A stretch of 64,000 nt of DNA from contig CAYMMM010000001.1 in assembly GCA_964391595.1 (NCBI GenBank), positions 4,708 through 68,707 on the forward strand. Reading direction: 5' to 3'. The notes below the pieces were generated by a model. That model was not told where the DNA came from. It ran no database searches and worked only from the letters and a program-made list of their open reading frames with translations. Positions 1-9,160 of the stretch are shown here, in pieces (position 1 is the stretch's first letter; the number at the start of each line of letters is the position of its first letter). The stretch comes from an uncultured Candidatus Saccharibacteria bacterium (GTDB lineage: Bacteria > Patescibacteriota > Saccharimonadia > CAILAD01 > GCA-016700035). Both the position numbers and the translations under genes were made by a program.

Positions 1-1070
1 TGTTGGCGAATGAGACGTGTTAGAGCAATGCCGAGTAGGATGTACATACCATTTGCTGCAAAGACAAGATAGCGATCTTGATATATTGGCTTCATGATCG
101 ATACGGCGATCGTTGCGCCAATCGGTAGTACGGTATACCAGAAAAGAGCGCGAATTTCCTTATGTTCGTGTTTATGGAGCCAAGAAATCCACATGACGAG
201 TCCGATCACGATGCCTGGGACTGCCCAGAATACAAATGGAGGGAGTGCCATAGCATCGGTAAAGGTTAAGTTTTGCCAGATACTCTTAGGGAGTGTGTAG
301 AGCGTAGTAGCGGGTATCCAGCTGATGCCTTGGCCGCGGGAGAACTGCCCGTAGAAGGCAGGTAGCCAAGGGAGCCAGAGGACGATGACGGTTAGATTTG
401 TAAGCCACCAATCTGTGCGCAGCCAATGGCTTTTCCCGATTCGCCACTTCCAAGGGCGTTCGAGTGACATGAGGTAGAGCCAATGGGCTGCGATTGCAAA
501 GACCGTAAAGTAATGCGTGTAGAGCCCGGCTGCCATCGCGAGTGCGTACACCGACCACCATCGCCAATTGGTGTGCGCGTGCTCAGTAGCTCGTAAGAGA
601 GCAAATGTACCGCCAAGCAAAAAGAGACCAAGTAGCCCATACATTCGTGCTTCCTGACTGTAGCGAACGAGCATCGGTGCGACTGCCAGAATGCTCAAGC
701 TGATCGTGGCTGCCGCCCGACCAAAATATCGCTTAACCAGCAAGTATCCGATGTAAATTGTGGCGATGCCGGCCACAGCACTCATGCTGCGTACAGCTAG
801 TGTGCTGGTGCCGAACAGCCGCATCCAATAATGAAGGAGCTCGTAATACAGTGGTGGGTGTACGTCGCGAGCAGAACCCGCCCAAATCTCAGCAGGCGTG
901 CGCGATGAAAGCATTACTGTGAAGCCTTCGTCGTGCCAAATGCTCGCCTTGGTGATGGTGGTGAAGCGTGCAAGTGCTGCGACGAGGAGCAGGCAGCTTA
1001 CCACCCAACGCTCAGGGAGTCGCGATATGAAAGAAAGGTCTGAGAGCTTATTGCGTCTTGTATGGCTCAT
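1..1070 (-). CDS. GT39/ArnT-family (PMT_2-like) membrane glycosyltransferase; the C-terminal part runs off the left window edge
   Basis: I translated this by hand from the minus strand; it starts at ATG 1068-1070. The sequence MSHTRRNKLSDLSFISRLPERWVVSCLLLVAALARFTTITKASIWHDEGFTVMLSSRTPAEIWAGSARDVHPPLYYE shows the DE loop and the HPPL motif typical of ArnT/PMT-type GT-C enzymes, and it is multi-TM downstream. It is absent from the ORF track because it has no in-window stop. Confidence 0.55.
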   Translation of the reverse strand, partial: MSHTRRNKLSDLSFISRLPERWVVSCLLLVAALARFTTITKASIWHDEGFTVMLSSRTPAEIWAGSARDVHPPLYYELLHYWMRLFGTSTLAVRSMSAVAGIATIYIGYLLVKRYFGRAAATISLSILAVAPMLVRYSQEARMYGLLGLFLLGGTFALLRATEHAHTNWRWWSVYALAMAAGLYTHYFTVFAIAAHWLYLMSLERPWKWRIGKSHWLRTDWWLTNLTVIVLWLPWLPAFYGQFSRGQGISWIPATTLYTLPKSIWQNLTFTDAMALPPFVFWAVPGIVIGLVMWISWLHKHEHKEIRALFWYTVLPIGATIAVSIMKPIYQDRYLVFAANGMYILLGIALTRLIRQ

Positions 1071-1845
1071 AGCGAAAGTGTGTCTTTTTATACTTACCAG
1101 TCAGCAGGCCAAGTTTGATCGTTATTAGGTCAAAAAATACCTGTAGTGCTACTTTGATTGACTTAAGCTTGGAGCCACTTGAGATTTTTGAGCCCTCGAC
1201 GACGTCTTTCCAGTCTGGGACTTCGATAAGCTCAATACTATAGCCGAGCTTGCGTGCAAGAGCCAGTATTTCAAGATCGAATCCCCAGCCTAAAATCCGT
1301 TGTCTTCCAAAAAGCTCGTGAGCGGTTTGTCTTTCAAAAGCTTTAAACCCACATTGGGTGTCTGATATCCCCGGTACGAGGAGTGTTTGTGCGAGCCAGT
1401 TTCCGAAGGTAGAGATGAACTTACGGATGCCGGTGTGTGAATCTTCTAGGTTTCGAATGCATATACCAACCTGTCTTTTTTGTTCGATGAGCTGATATAC
1501 GTCCTCGAGGTATTTTAGGGGTGTCGCTAGGTCCGCATCCATGAACATGACATACTCCCCGCGCGCGGCAAAGATGCCATCACGTACTTGCTTGCCTTTA
1601 TTGTTTCCCTTGATTATGCCTGGACCTGTTTGAAGAAACTTGAACGATGTGAAGTGCTTACTTTCTGCTCTAGCTACTTTTTCGGTTTGATCACTGGACA
1701 TGGCGTCGACAACAATTACTTCTGCATCGTGCGCGTGTTCCTTGAGATACGTAGCAAGTGCCTTAAGGGTTGCACCAATACGTTTCTCTTCATTCAAAGT
1801 TGGGATGAGTATACTAAGCGTTGGCTTCCCAGCACGGGCATTCAT
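1048..1845 (-). CDS. GT2 polyprenol-phosphate sugar synthase (Dpm1/GtrB-like)
   Basis: 265 aa with an N-terminal LSILIPTLNEE stretch, a DAD motif (MFMDADLA), and overall GT2_2 architecture. Confidence 0.8.
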   Translation of the reverse strand: MNARAGKPTLSILIPTLNEEKRIGATLKALATYLKEHAHDAEVIVVDAMSSDQTEKVARAESKHFTSFKFLQTGPGIIKGNNKGKQVRDGIFAARGEYVMFMDADLATPLKYLEDVYQLIEQKRQVGICIRNLEDSHTGIRKFISTFGNWLAQTLLVPGISDTQCGFKAFERQTAHELFGRQRILGWGFDLEILALARKLGYSIELIEVPDWKDVVEGSKISSGSKLKSIKVALQVFFDLITIKLGLLTGKYKKTHFRYEPYKTQ

Positions 1846-3476
1846 CGGTTGACCTCGACCGTGTAGAAGAGTGTTCGCTGTGGGAAGCTCGGCGAAGTGA
1901 TCGCTTTGACTGGAGCAGCTGGGTACTTTGCCTTGAGGGTATCAAGTACGTATTGTCTGTGCTCGTTGTTTTGCACGAAGAAGATAGTAGGGTCTTGTGA
2001 AAGTGGTACTGATTTGACTTGCTCCCATTCGAGCCGCTTCCAGCCAGAACCGCGATCGAGCCCAAAGCCATCATCGATGTTGTATTTGTAATCGGATTTT
2101 ATGCGTGTCAGATAATCAAAACTACGGATAGAATATCCATCTACGACTAGATATGTGGTGGGCTGGCTTGAGCCCTTGAGGGTCGTGTTGTAGAGCTTGG
2201 CCATTTCTGACATATCTTCAGCATACGCATCGTATGTCTGGACATCCCCCGCCCACGCCACGAAGTATGCTTTATAGCTCTGTGCCAGTGTGGCTGCGAG
2301 GAGTATCAGTATAAATGTGAGCCCGACGTTGCGTGCAATTGAGTTGATTGGGAATATCGTATACCACCTACCGATAAAGTATGACAAGCCGACAGCCGCC
2401 AATATCATTACTGCCGGAGATGAGCCGATCGATCGTAGGCCGTGTGGCAGACCTTCCGCTGTGAGTGCAGCCGGCAACATCATGGCTGCAAAGATACCTA
2501 AGAGTGCCACATACCGCGAATGTCGTAAAGCGTACAGAGATATAAGTATGCCTAGGATAAACATAATGCCTACGAATGTATTCAGGTATGGTTCTGCAGG
2601 GATGTTGTGGCGTGGATTTGTGTCTCCAGCGAAATTGTATTGCAAGAGAGTCTTGGACACGCTGTCTGCAAGCGTCTGTATTGGTTTGCCTTTGTTCAGC
2701 TCTTTATTGAGGAAGCTGGTAGCACCGGCGCGTGCTGCGGCATCTTTGTGGGTTATGCCATATATACCAAGCGGGGCAAGTACCACGAGACATGCAATCA
2801 GCCCACTTCCAACCTGCCTCCAATGTGACTGCAAGAATGTGCGCCTAAAGAGTGCTATGTATATGAGGAGTCCTACCACTGCAGCAATCATGAGCTGAAA
2901 TGCAGTATACGTGTAGGCTCCGAGACCCAAAAAAATTCCAGCGCCAATGAAGTAATGCATCTGCTTGGTCTTGTAGGCACGGCCACCGAAGTATGCCACG
3001 AGTGAGACCATGAGCGCTGTCATGCTGGCGCGAAAGCCATCTCGAGAAATGACTACTACCCAGGGATTAATCGCCATGAAGAATGCTGCCAATAAGCCTA
3101 CTCGACGGCCGAACCAGTCAGTTCCCCAATAGTATACAGCAATGACAGCGAGGACACCGATCGTAGCCGGCGCGATGCGCAATGCCAGGATGGTGTTGCC
3201 CATAAGCCATACGAAGATAGCCTGAAGGAAAAAGAAAAGTGATTCTCGCGGACCATTTGTTGCATACAGGGGCCGAATGTCGCGACTAAAGATACGGAAG
3301 ATATCCTGCCCGTTCGCAGCTTCGTCTGGGTGAAGGCCTGGTGGAAGCTGATCGAGTTGGTAAAAGCGGAAAAAAATTGCAAGCAGCACGATAGTCGCCA
3401 GTACAATCCATGTGCCGTATTTGGCGATAAAGTGTTGTTGTTTGGTGGCCTTCTTCGGCTTCGGTCCAGGAGCCAT
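1842..3476 (-). CDS. GT39/ArnT-family membrane glycosyltransferase
   Basis: 544 aa and multi-TM, with an LHPDEAANG loop motif. It overlaps the upstream GT2 gene by 4 nt, consistent with an operon. Confidence 0.75.
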   Translation of the reverse strand: MAPGPKPKKATKQQHFIAKYGTWIVLATIVLLAIFFRFYQLDQLPPGLHPDEAANGQDIFRIFSRDIRPLYATNGPRESLFFFLQAIFVWLMGNTILALRIAPATIGVLAVIAVYYWGTDWFGRRVGLLAAFFMAINPWVVVISRDGFRASMTALMVSLVAYFGGRAYKTKQMHYFIGAGIFLGLGAYTYTAFQLMIAAVVGLLIYIALFRRTFLQSHWRQVGSGLIACLVVLAPLGIYGITHKDAAARAGATSFLNKELNKGKPIQTLADSVSKTLLQYNFAGDTNPRHNIPAEPYLNTFVGIMFILGILISLYALRHSRYVALLGIFAAMMLPAALTAEGLPHGLRSIGSSPAVMILAAVGLSYFIGRWYTIFPINSIARNVGLTFILILLAATLAQSYKAYFVAWAGDVQTYDAYAEDMSEMAKLYNTTLKGSSQPTTYLVVDGYSIRSFDYLTRIKSDYKYNIDDGFGLDRGSGWKRLEWEQVKSVPLSQDPTIFFVQNNEHRQYVLDTLKAKYPAAPVKAITSPSFPQRTLFYTVEVNR

Positions 3477-3991
3477 TACTCGTATTCCTTAAAGACGAAG
3501 CGCTTATAGGTGAGATAATTCCATGTCAAGCTTGCTAGGGTTGCTACAGCTTTCACGCCATTGGTGACAATAAATTTGTCATCGACGAGCCTGGTGACAC
3601 CGAGGACTTGTGCGAGATGGACGCCTACTCCCACGGGCCAGAGCCAAACATGTTCAAAGAAATATATGATACCGCTCTGAATGACGTACAGACCAAACGC
3701 AGTCACTAGGAAGAACCGCGCAGCCTGTTCGAACTGTGAATCGTGGGTATGAGCTTTGAAGACAAAATTGCGATTGGCAAAGAAGCTAAAAAGCATAGCT
3801 ATAGTTGTTGCTGGAATGTTTGCGGCGAGGTCGCTCAGTGCAAAAACTCTCGTGAGGAGGTTGAGGATGCCGAAATCAATCAGCGTATTGAGCACACCGA
3901 CGATACCAAATCGACCTACTCGAGCAGCTTCTTTGGCGGCTGTAGCTTTTGGTGTGGTAGGGTTTTTGGGTTTAGACTTCGTCTCTGGCAT
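3476..3991 (-). CDS. GtrA-family membrane protein (putative flippase)
   Basis: 171 aa with 4 TM helices and GtrA-like motifs (GVLNTLIDFGILNLL). Its stop overlaps the start of the GT39 gene. Confidence 0.75.
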   Translation of the reverse strand: MPETKSKPKNPTTPKATAAKEAARVGRFGIVGVLNTLIDFGILNLLTRVFALSDLAANIPATTIAMLFSFFANRNFVFKAHTHDSQFEQAARFFLVTAFGLYVIQSGIIYFFEHVWLWPVGVGVHLAQVLGVTRLVDDKFIVTNGVKAVATLASLTWNYLTYKRFVFKEYE

Positions 3992-4053
3992 GTGTCAAAT
4001 CTTTCGTGTCTAGTATAGCGTGGATCTAGTTCATGAGTAAACACGCTTGTGGT

Positions 4054-5421
4054 TTAATTGCTATGTTTCCGCTCCAGAGATCTGAATAGCATGAGCTCAG
4101 GACTGAAGAAGAGCTCTACGTCCCCAGTCGGTCCGTTACGGTGCTTAGCGATGATTATGTCGGCGATGTTTTTACGCTCGGTTTCTTTGTTCCATCGATC
4201 CTCGCGCGAGATAAACATGACAACGTCCGCATCTTGCTCGATTGATCCTGATTCACGTAAGTCAGACAGTTGTGGAATCGGCGGATTGCGGGATTCGACG
4301 GCGCGCGAAAGCTGCGATAGAGCGATGACTGGTACATCGAGTTCGCGGGCAAGACCCTTGATGGATCGAGATATCTCAGATACTTCATTCACGCGATTAT
4401 CGCTACCACCACTTGACCGGCCACTCATCAACTGCAAGTAGTCGATAACTATCAGCCCAAGCCCGTGCTCTGCTTGAAGTCGGCGGGCCTTCGTACGCAT
4501 CTCGAGTGAGTTAATCAGTGCACTATCATCGATATATATCGGTGCCTCTGCGAGCACCCCCATTGCACTGTTCAGTTTTTCAAAATCTTTGTCTTCCAGA
4601 TTCCCTGTTCTCAGCTTCCAGGAGTCGATGCCTGATTCCATAGCAAGCAAGCGATCAATGAGTTGTTCTTTGCTCATTTCGAGACTGAAAATGCCAACAG
4701 GCACGCCCTCGCGGATCGCAACATTGGCCGCAACATTAAGCGCAAAACTCGTCTTTCCAACACTCGGGCGAGCCGCCAGAATAATAAGATCAGAGCGCTG
4801 CAGCCCGGCCAAGAGATTGTCCATGGCTGGGAAACCAGTTGGTACACCGCGCAATTGTTTTTTGTCTTTGTGTAGAGCGTCTAGGCGGTCGAAACTATCC
4901 GCAAGGATTTGACTCGCGGAAATAAAGTTTTGCTTGAGGTGTTTCTGGCTAACCTGGAAGAGTGCTTGCTCGGACTCATCAAGGATATCCTCCAGTGGCT
5001 TTTCTTCATCGTGGGCGTAACCTGCAATTGTGTGGCCAGCGATATCGAGACGACGTAGGGTCGCCTTAGATGCCACGATCTTTGCGTATTCTGCTGCATG
5101 AGTGGCGCTCGGCACATTTGTGGCGAGTTCTGTCAAAAAAGTCATGCCTCCGATAAGCTTCAACTTCTTGGCATTCTGTAGAGTGTCACTGAGTGTGATG
5201 AGGTCGATTGGCTTACGTTTTTCGTAAAGACTAAGTATCGCAGCGTACACAATTCCGTGACGATTGTCATAGAAATCTTCTTCGTGTACGATGTCGGCCA
5301 CCCTGATGAGGGCGTCGGCGTCGATGAGTAGTGAGCCGAGTAACGATCGCTCGGCTTCAACATTATGCGGTGGAGTCAAGGACTTATCCACAGCATTTGA
5401 TGTCGGCGTATCAGCCATCAC
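4054..5421 (-). CDS. dnaB: Replicative DNA helicase DnaB
   Basis: 455 aa with a Walker A motif (AARPSVGKTSF), DnaB N- and C-domain motifs, and no intein. Confidence 0.9.
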   Translation of the reverse strand: MMADTPTSNAVDKSLTPPHNVEAERSLLGSLLIDADALIRVADIVHEEDFYDNRHGIVYAAILSLYEKRKPIDLITLSDTLQNAKKLKLIGGMTFLTELATNVPSATHAAEYAKIVASKATLRRLDIAGHTIAGYAHDEEKPLEDILDESEQALFQVSQKHLKQNFISASQILADSFDRLDALHKDKKQLRGVPTGFPAMDNLLAGLQRSDLIILAARPSVGKTSFALNVAANVAIREGVPVGIFSLEMSKEQLIDRLLAMESGIDSWKLRTGNLEDKDFEKLNSAMGVLAEAPIYIDDSALINSLEMRTKARRLQAEHGLGLIVIDYLQLMSGRSSGGSDNRVNEVSEISRSIKGLARELDVPVIALSQLSRAVESRNPPIPQLSDLRESGSIEQDADVVMFISREDRWNKETERKNIADIIIAKHRNGPTGDVELFFSPELMLFRSLERKHSN

Positions 5422-6878
5422 TCAACTACCTCGCCACCAAGTATTTCCAGGGCACTAGCCACAAGCTCTTGATCGTTATCTTGCTTCGGAGTGTTCGACT
5501 GAGACTCACCAGTGTGTTCAACCTTCAGTTCGATAGTCCTGCCAGATACCTTTGTAAATATTGCTTCGATGAGCTGGCGATTGTGCGCTTCTTCGATGCG
5601 TTCTTTGTGAAAACGGAAGCGACAGCGAATGAACAGTACACCGTCTTTGAGCTGCGGCTCACCTGAGCGTAGTACGGCATACAGCGAGTTGTTTTTTGTT
5701 TTGATGAGTGACAGTGCTTTCGTAGTGATAACTGAGTCATTCAGGCCTGTTGTCGGTATCGAAGATGCGGTGTCAGTGTTGCTTTCAACACTGGCTGGCT
5801 TTGGGGCTCTTCTTGCCTCCTTGGATGGATTCTGACCATGGGCTGGCGGTCTACTATATGGAGTGTTCGTTTGGGGTACTTGTGTTATTGCCTCTGCGCT
5901 CGTGAGCTCCCAGACTGCAAGCTCGAGTGGCAAGCTAGGGATATTTGCACTACGTTGCTCCGTGGCTGCTCGGGACAAAACACGCAATACCTGGTAGTAG
6001 CGATCTGCTTCAGTCTTGCTTGCAGCGAGGAATGCTTGCCGGACGTGACTCACGAGGTACTCAGTGAGGATCGAAGGATCTGCACCAGCAGAGAGTACGT
6101 CGGCAAGGTGTGATAATGCTAGTTTAGTATCCTTCTCGAGAATAGCATCTACCATGGCTAGAATGCGCGCTACATCGCCGATCCCGGAAGCTTGCGCTAC
6201 TACCGCACTCGTAATCGCGTCACCACGGCTTGCGAGTTGATCGAGGAGACTGAGCGCATCACGAAATCCTCCCTGAGCTTGCGTGGCGATAAGTTGTATC
6301 GCCTCTGGTTCTATACTGATCTGTTCTTTCTTCGCGACCACTGTAAGCGCCTCGGTTAGGTCTGTAGTAGATATTAGCCTGAAATCATGTCGCTGCGTGC
6401 GTGAGATAATAGTGTCGGGTAGCTTGTGCACCTCAGTTGTTGCTAGCACAAAGATGACGTGGGCTGGCGGCTCCTCGAGCGTCTTCAAGAGTGCATTAAA
6501 CGCCTCGCGTGTGAGCATGTGAACCTCGTCAATAATAAATACTTTGTATGGAAGGGTGCTTGGCGCGGTAGCTAGTTTGTCTCGGAGAGCACGAATCTCG
6601 TCAATACCACGATTTGATGCGGCATCAATCTCGATAATGTCGAGCTCGCGTACGATATCGGCCTCAGCAGGAAGGTTGTTTACTCGTCTCGCTATGATGC
6701 GCGCCACACTCGTCTTGCCGGTGCCTCTTGGACCAGTCAAAAGATACGCATGACTAATTGCGCCTTTTTGAAACGCTTTGTCGAGTGTGTCGGTCACATG
6801 CTTTTGTCCGACAACATCTTGCAGATCTAGTGGTCGATATGACCGATATAGAGCGAGCTGAACCACTCCCCTCCTCAC
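5418..6878 (-). CDS. dnaX: DNA polymerase III subunit gamma/tau
   Basis: 486 aa with a GPRGTGKT P-loop, a DEVHML box and an SRTQRHDF sensor motif. It overlaps dnaB by 4 nt. Confidence 0.9.
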   Translation of the reverse strand: MRRGVVQLALYRSYRPLDLQDVVGQKHVTDTLDKAFQKGAISHAYLLTGPRGTGKTSVARIIARRVNNLPAEADIVRELDIIEIDAASNRGIDEIRALRDKLATAPSTLPYKVFIIDEVHMLTREAFNALLKTLEEPPAHVIFVLATTEVHKLPDTIISRTQRHDFRLISTTDLTEALTVVAKKEQISIEPEAIQLIATQAQGGFRDALSLLDQLASRGDAITSAVVAQASGIGDVARILAMVDAILEKDTKLALSHLADVLSAGADPSILTEYLVSHVRQAFLAASKTEADRYYQVLRVLSRAATEQRSANIPSLPLELAVWELTSAEAITQVPQTNTPYSRPPAHGQNPSKEARRAPKPASVESNTDTASSIPTTGLNDSVITTKALSLIKTKNNSLYAVLRSGEPQLKDGVLFIRCRFRFHKERIEEAHNRQLIEAIFTKVSGRTIELKVEHTGESQSNTPKQDNDQELVASALEILGGEVVE

Positions 6879-6951
6879 TAATATTACTCAGACTATTATA
6901 ACGCAGAATGAGTTCGCAGGAGGAGTTCGAAGTGGCCTTATGGGATTAAAG

Positions 6952-7149
6952 TTAGCGTTTTTTGCGCTTGATTTCGACTTTGTCTACCAAGAAGTTCACG
7001 AGCCAGAGGGCGGCGATAAACTCGATGCAGATAAGCGGAACACCAATCGGACCATTGAGGGTATCAAGCAGCTGTTGGTTCGTTTGTAGCATTGCGACGC
7101 TAATCAAGCCGAGCAATATCCCTCTGAGGATAAGATCATAATTTTTCAT
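6952..7149 (-). CDS. Small membrane protein (hypothetical)
   Basis: 65 aa with two hydrophobic helices; there is no homolog I recognise. Confidence 0.3.
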   Translation of the reverse strand: MKNYDLILRGILLGLISVAMLQTNQQLLDTLNGPIGVPLICIEFIAALWLVNFLVDKVEIKRKKR

Positions 7150-7216
7150 GCGGCACTCATATTAATAGTGCTTATGATTATAGGCTTGCATCTGGAGATC
7201 AGGCAAGTTGCTATGT

Positions 7217-7759
7217 TTAGCCGATAACGGCTTCGATAGCAGCCCAAGAAGCCACACGATCGGCTGGAATGACGACAGTCACTTCGTCTCCGGGCTGCGC
7301 TTTGAAGTACGTGACGCTCGCGAAGAGTACGTGGTACAGCTTTCCGCCTGCCTCAACCATATATGTGCCGTCTTGGAGGGTAATCTTACCAATGAGTTTT
7401 TTGCGTTCGATTGGGCCGATTTGCTTGTAGATGAAACTGCCATCATCGGAGATGGTGAGCTTGAGAATGTCGCCTTCAACGAGCTTTGACTTGGAGGCAT
7501 AGTTCGCTGGCACAGGATAGGTCTTATCGCCAGGTCCCATCATGTTTTGACCGTCGAATACGCCCTCAATGACCTTGCCGGCATTTGCATCACTATTTTG
7601 ATAGGCTGTCTGGCGTGCCGATGGCTTGGCTGGGCTCGATTCCTCGGGCTTGACACCCATACCGGCGAGTTGCTCGTGGAGCTGTTTGAGCTGCTCCTCA
7701 GCTGCCTTGAGCTGAGCAGCGAGCTCGGTTACTTTTTCGTCTTGTGGGTTGTTTGCCAT
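7217..7759 (-). CDS. Hypothetical protein with an N-terminal coiled-coil
   Basis: 180 aa. The ELAAQLKAAEEQLKQLHEQL heptads are followed by a beta-rich C-terminal domain. It sits where rpoB would normally follow rplL. Confidence 0.5.
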   Translation of the reverse strand: MANNPQDEKVTELAAQLKAAEEQLKQLHEQLAGMGVKPEESSPAKPSARQTAYQNSDANAGKVIEGVFDGQNMMGPGDKTYPVPANYASKSKLVEGDILKLTISDDGSFIYKQIGPIERKKLIGKITLQDGTYMVEAGGKLYHVLFASVTYFKAQPGDEVTVVIPADRVASWAAIEAVIG

Positions 7760-7880
7760 ATAGTACTCACTTTCTGTTTCGGATTATCTGCGCAAGATAC
7801 CACCCTCATGTATCCACAAACTCATGCAACCTCTCGAGTCGCATTTACCTGGAGTATAGCACTCGTACCAGAAATAATGC

Positions 7881-7924
7881 AAACAAAAACACCCGCATAC
7901 AATACACGCGAGTGTTTTTGTTTA
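7881..7924 (-). terminator. Intrinsic terminator after rplL
   Basis: In minus-strand sense the transcript reads AAACAAAAACACUCGCGUGUAUUGUAUGCGGGUGUUUUUGUUU, a long stem followed by a U-run. Confidence 0.5.
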
Positions 7925-7938
7925 AAAATCCGAGGATT

Positions 7939-8376
7939 TTACTGGAGTTCGATTGTAGCGCCAGCAGCTTCGAGCTTTGTCTTAGCTTCTTCGGCTTCTT
8001 CTTTGGTTGCGCCTTCTTTGACCATCTTTGGAGCTTCGTCCACAACAGCCTTAGATTCTGCGAGACCAAGACCAGTGATTTCACGAACAGCCTTGATGAC
8101 GTCGATCTTCTTGTCGCCTGCAGCAGCGAGGAAGATGTTGAATGAAGTCTTCTCTTCTGCAGCTTCGCCAGCTTCGGCTGGAGCAGCAACGCCCGCAACT
8201 GCTACAGGGGCTGCTGCTGATACGCCGTAGTGATCTTCGAGAGTCTTCACGAACTCTGAGAGATCGAGAACGCTCATTTTGTCGAGTTCAGCAACGAGCT
8301 TTTCGAACTTTGCTGGAACTTCTTTTTGCTCTTCTTTTACTTCTTCTGCTACTGGAGCAGTTGTTTCTTCTGCCAT
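7939..8376 (-). CDS. rplL: Ribosomal protein bL12 (L7/L12)
   Basis: The listed ORF is N-terminally over-extended. The true start is [13 protein letters not shown] at ATG 8374-8376, with an AAGGAGAA RBS upstream, and the product has the typical L7/L12 C-terminal domain. Confidence 0.9.
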   Translation of the reverse strand: MAEETTAPVAEEVKEEQKEVPAKFEKLVAELDKMSVLDLSEFVKTLEDHYGVSAAAPVAVAGVAAPAEAGEAAEEKTSFNIFLAAAGDKKIDVIKAVREITGLGLAESKAVVDEAPKMVKEGATKEEAEEAKTKLEAAGATIELQ

Positions 8377-8401
8377 AATATTCTCCTTATTTGCAACTGC
8401 T

Positions 8402-8935
8402 TTACGCAGTAGCTTCTTTCTTATCTTTAATTGCTTGTAAGGCGTAGACCAATCCTGAGACGTTGCCATTGAGGGCGCGGACGAGGCCTGACATTGGAGC
8501 GGCGATAGTGCCAACCACCTGGGCCAGGAGCTGTTCGCGACTTGGCAACTTAGCGAGCGCGATGACTTCTTCTTTCGTGAGGATGTCACCAGTTTCGCTA
8601 ATTGCGCCAACTACTTCTACTGCATCATTGTCTTTTGTGAAGTCAACGATGAGTTTAGCGGCTTCAACCTCATCGGCGCCAAAAGCTACAGCCATTGGGC
8701 CTACAAAAGCTGACATGTCGGTGATTTCCTTATTACTCGCTTCGGCAGCTCGTTTGAGGAGCGTGTTCTTAGCGACCGTGAAGGTAATCCCCTTCTCGCG
8801 TCCAGCGTTACGCAAAGCGTTGATCGCTGGGACATCGAGTCCGCGGTAGTCGGTCAGGACGGCAAGCTTAGAAGCATTGAGGCGCTCGACCAGTTTTTCG
8901 AGGTCTTGCGTCTTTTGTTCACGGGTTTTTGCCAT
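8402..8935 (-). CDS. rplJ: Ribosomal protein uL10
   Basis: 177 aa and L10-like ([19 protein letters not shown]...). Confidence 0.9.
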   Translation of the reverse strand: MAKTREQKTQDLEKLVERLNASKLAVLTDYRGLDVPAINALRNAGREKGITFTVAKNTLLKRAAEASNKEITDMSAFVGPMAVAFGADEVEAAKLIVDFTKDNDAVEVVGAISETGDILTKEEVIALAKLPSREQLLAQVVGTIAAPMSGLVRALNGNVSGLVYALQAIKDKKEATA

Positions 8936-9083
8936 CGTGAATTCCTTTATTTAATGAAAAAATCTTCGGTGCGAGCACTGAAGACACGAGAGACTGATCT
9001 TATGAAAAGATGTTGTCTTGGCCTCGGTAGCAGATTAAGGCAGGTTGAAGTGCCAGCTACTGTCTTCGGTTCGTACGAGAGAT
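8936..9083 (-). promoter_or_regulatory. Putative rplJ 5' leader (candidate L10(L12)4 autoregulatory leader)
   Basis: There is a ~150-nt untranslated region between the putative promoter and the rplJ start. The assignment rests on position only; the structure is not verified. Confidence 0.3.
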
Positions 9084-9112
9084 ATAGTAACAGATATGAG
9101 GGTATGGGTCAA
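9084..9112 (-). promoter_or_regulatory. Putative sigma70-type promoter for rplJL
   Basis: In minus-strand sense the sequence is TTGACC, a 17-nt spacer, then TACTAT. It lies immediately downstream of the island terminator. Confidence 0.35.
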
Positions 9113-9141
9113 TAGAAATGGCCCCCTCTCGCGAGGGGGCC
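9111..9141 (-). terminator. Intrinsic terminator after the ThyX-like gene
   Basis: A 9-bp GC stem (GGCCCCCUC / GAGGGGGCC) is followed by AUUUCUAUU on the minus strand. Confidence 0.5.
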
Positions 9142-9160
9142 AACAGATTCAAAGGAAAAC

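Noticed and set aside
7547-8378. Plus-strand ORFs of 227, 133 and 78 aa lie antisense to rplL/rplJ. Their translations are Leu/Ser/Ala-rich.
   Set aside because: They sit entirely inside strongly supported ribosomal protein genes on the opposite strand. Their low-complexity composition is typical of antisense frames, and there is no RBS or homology signal.
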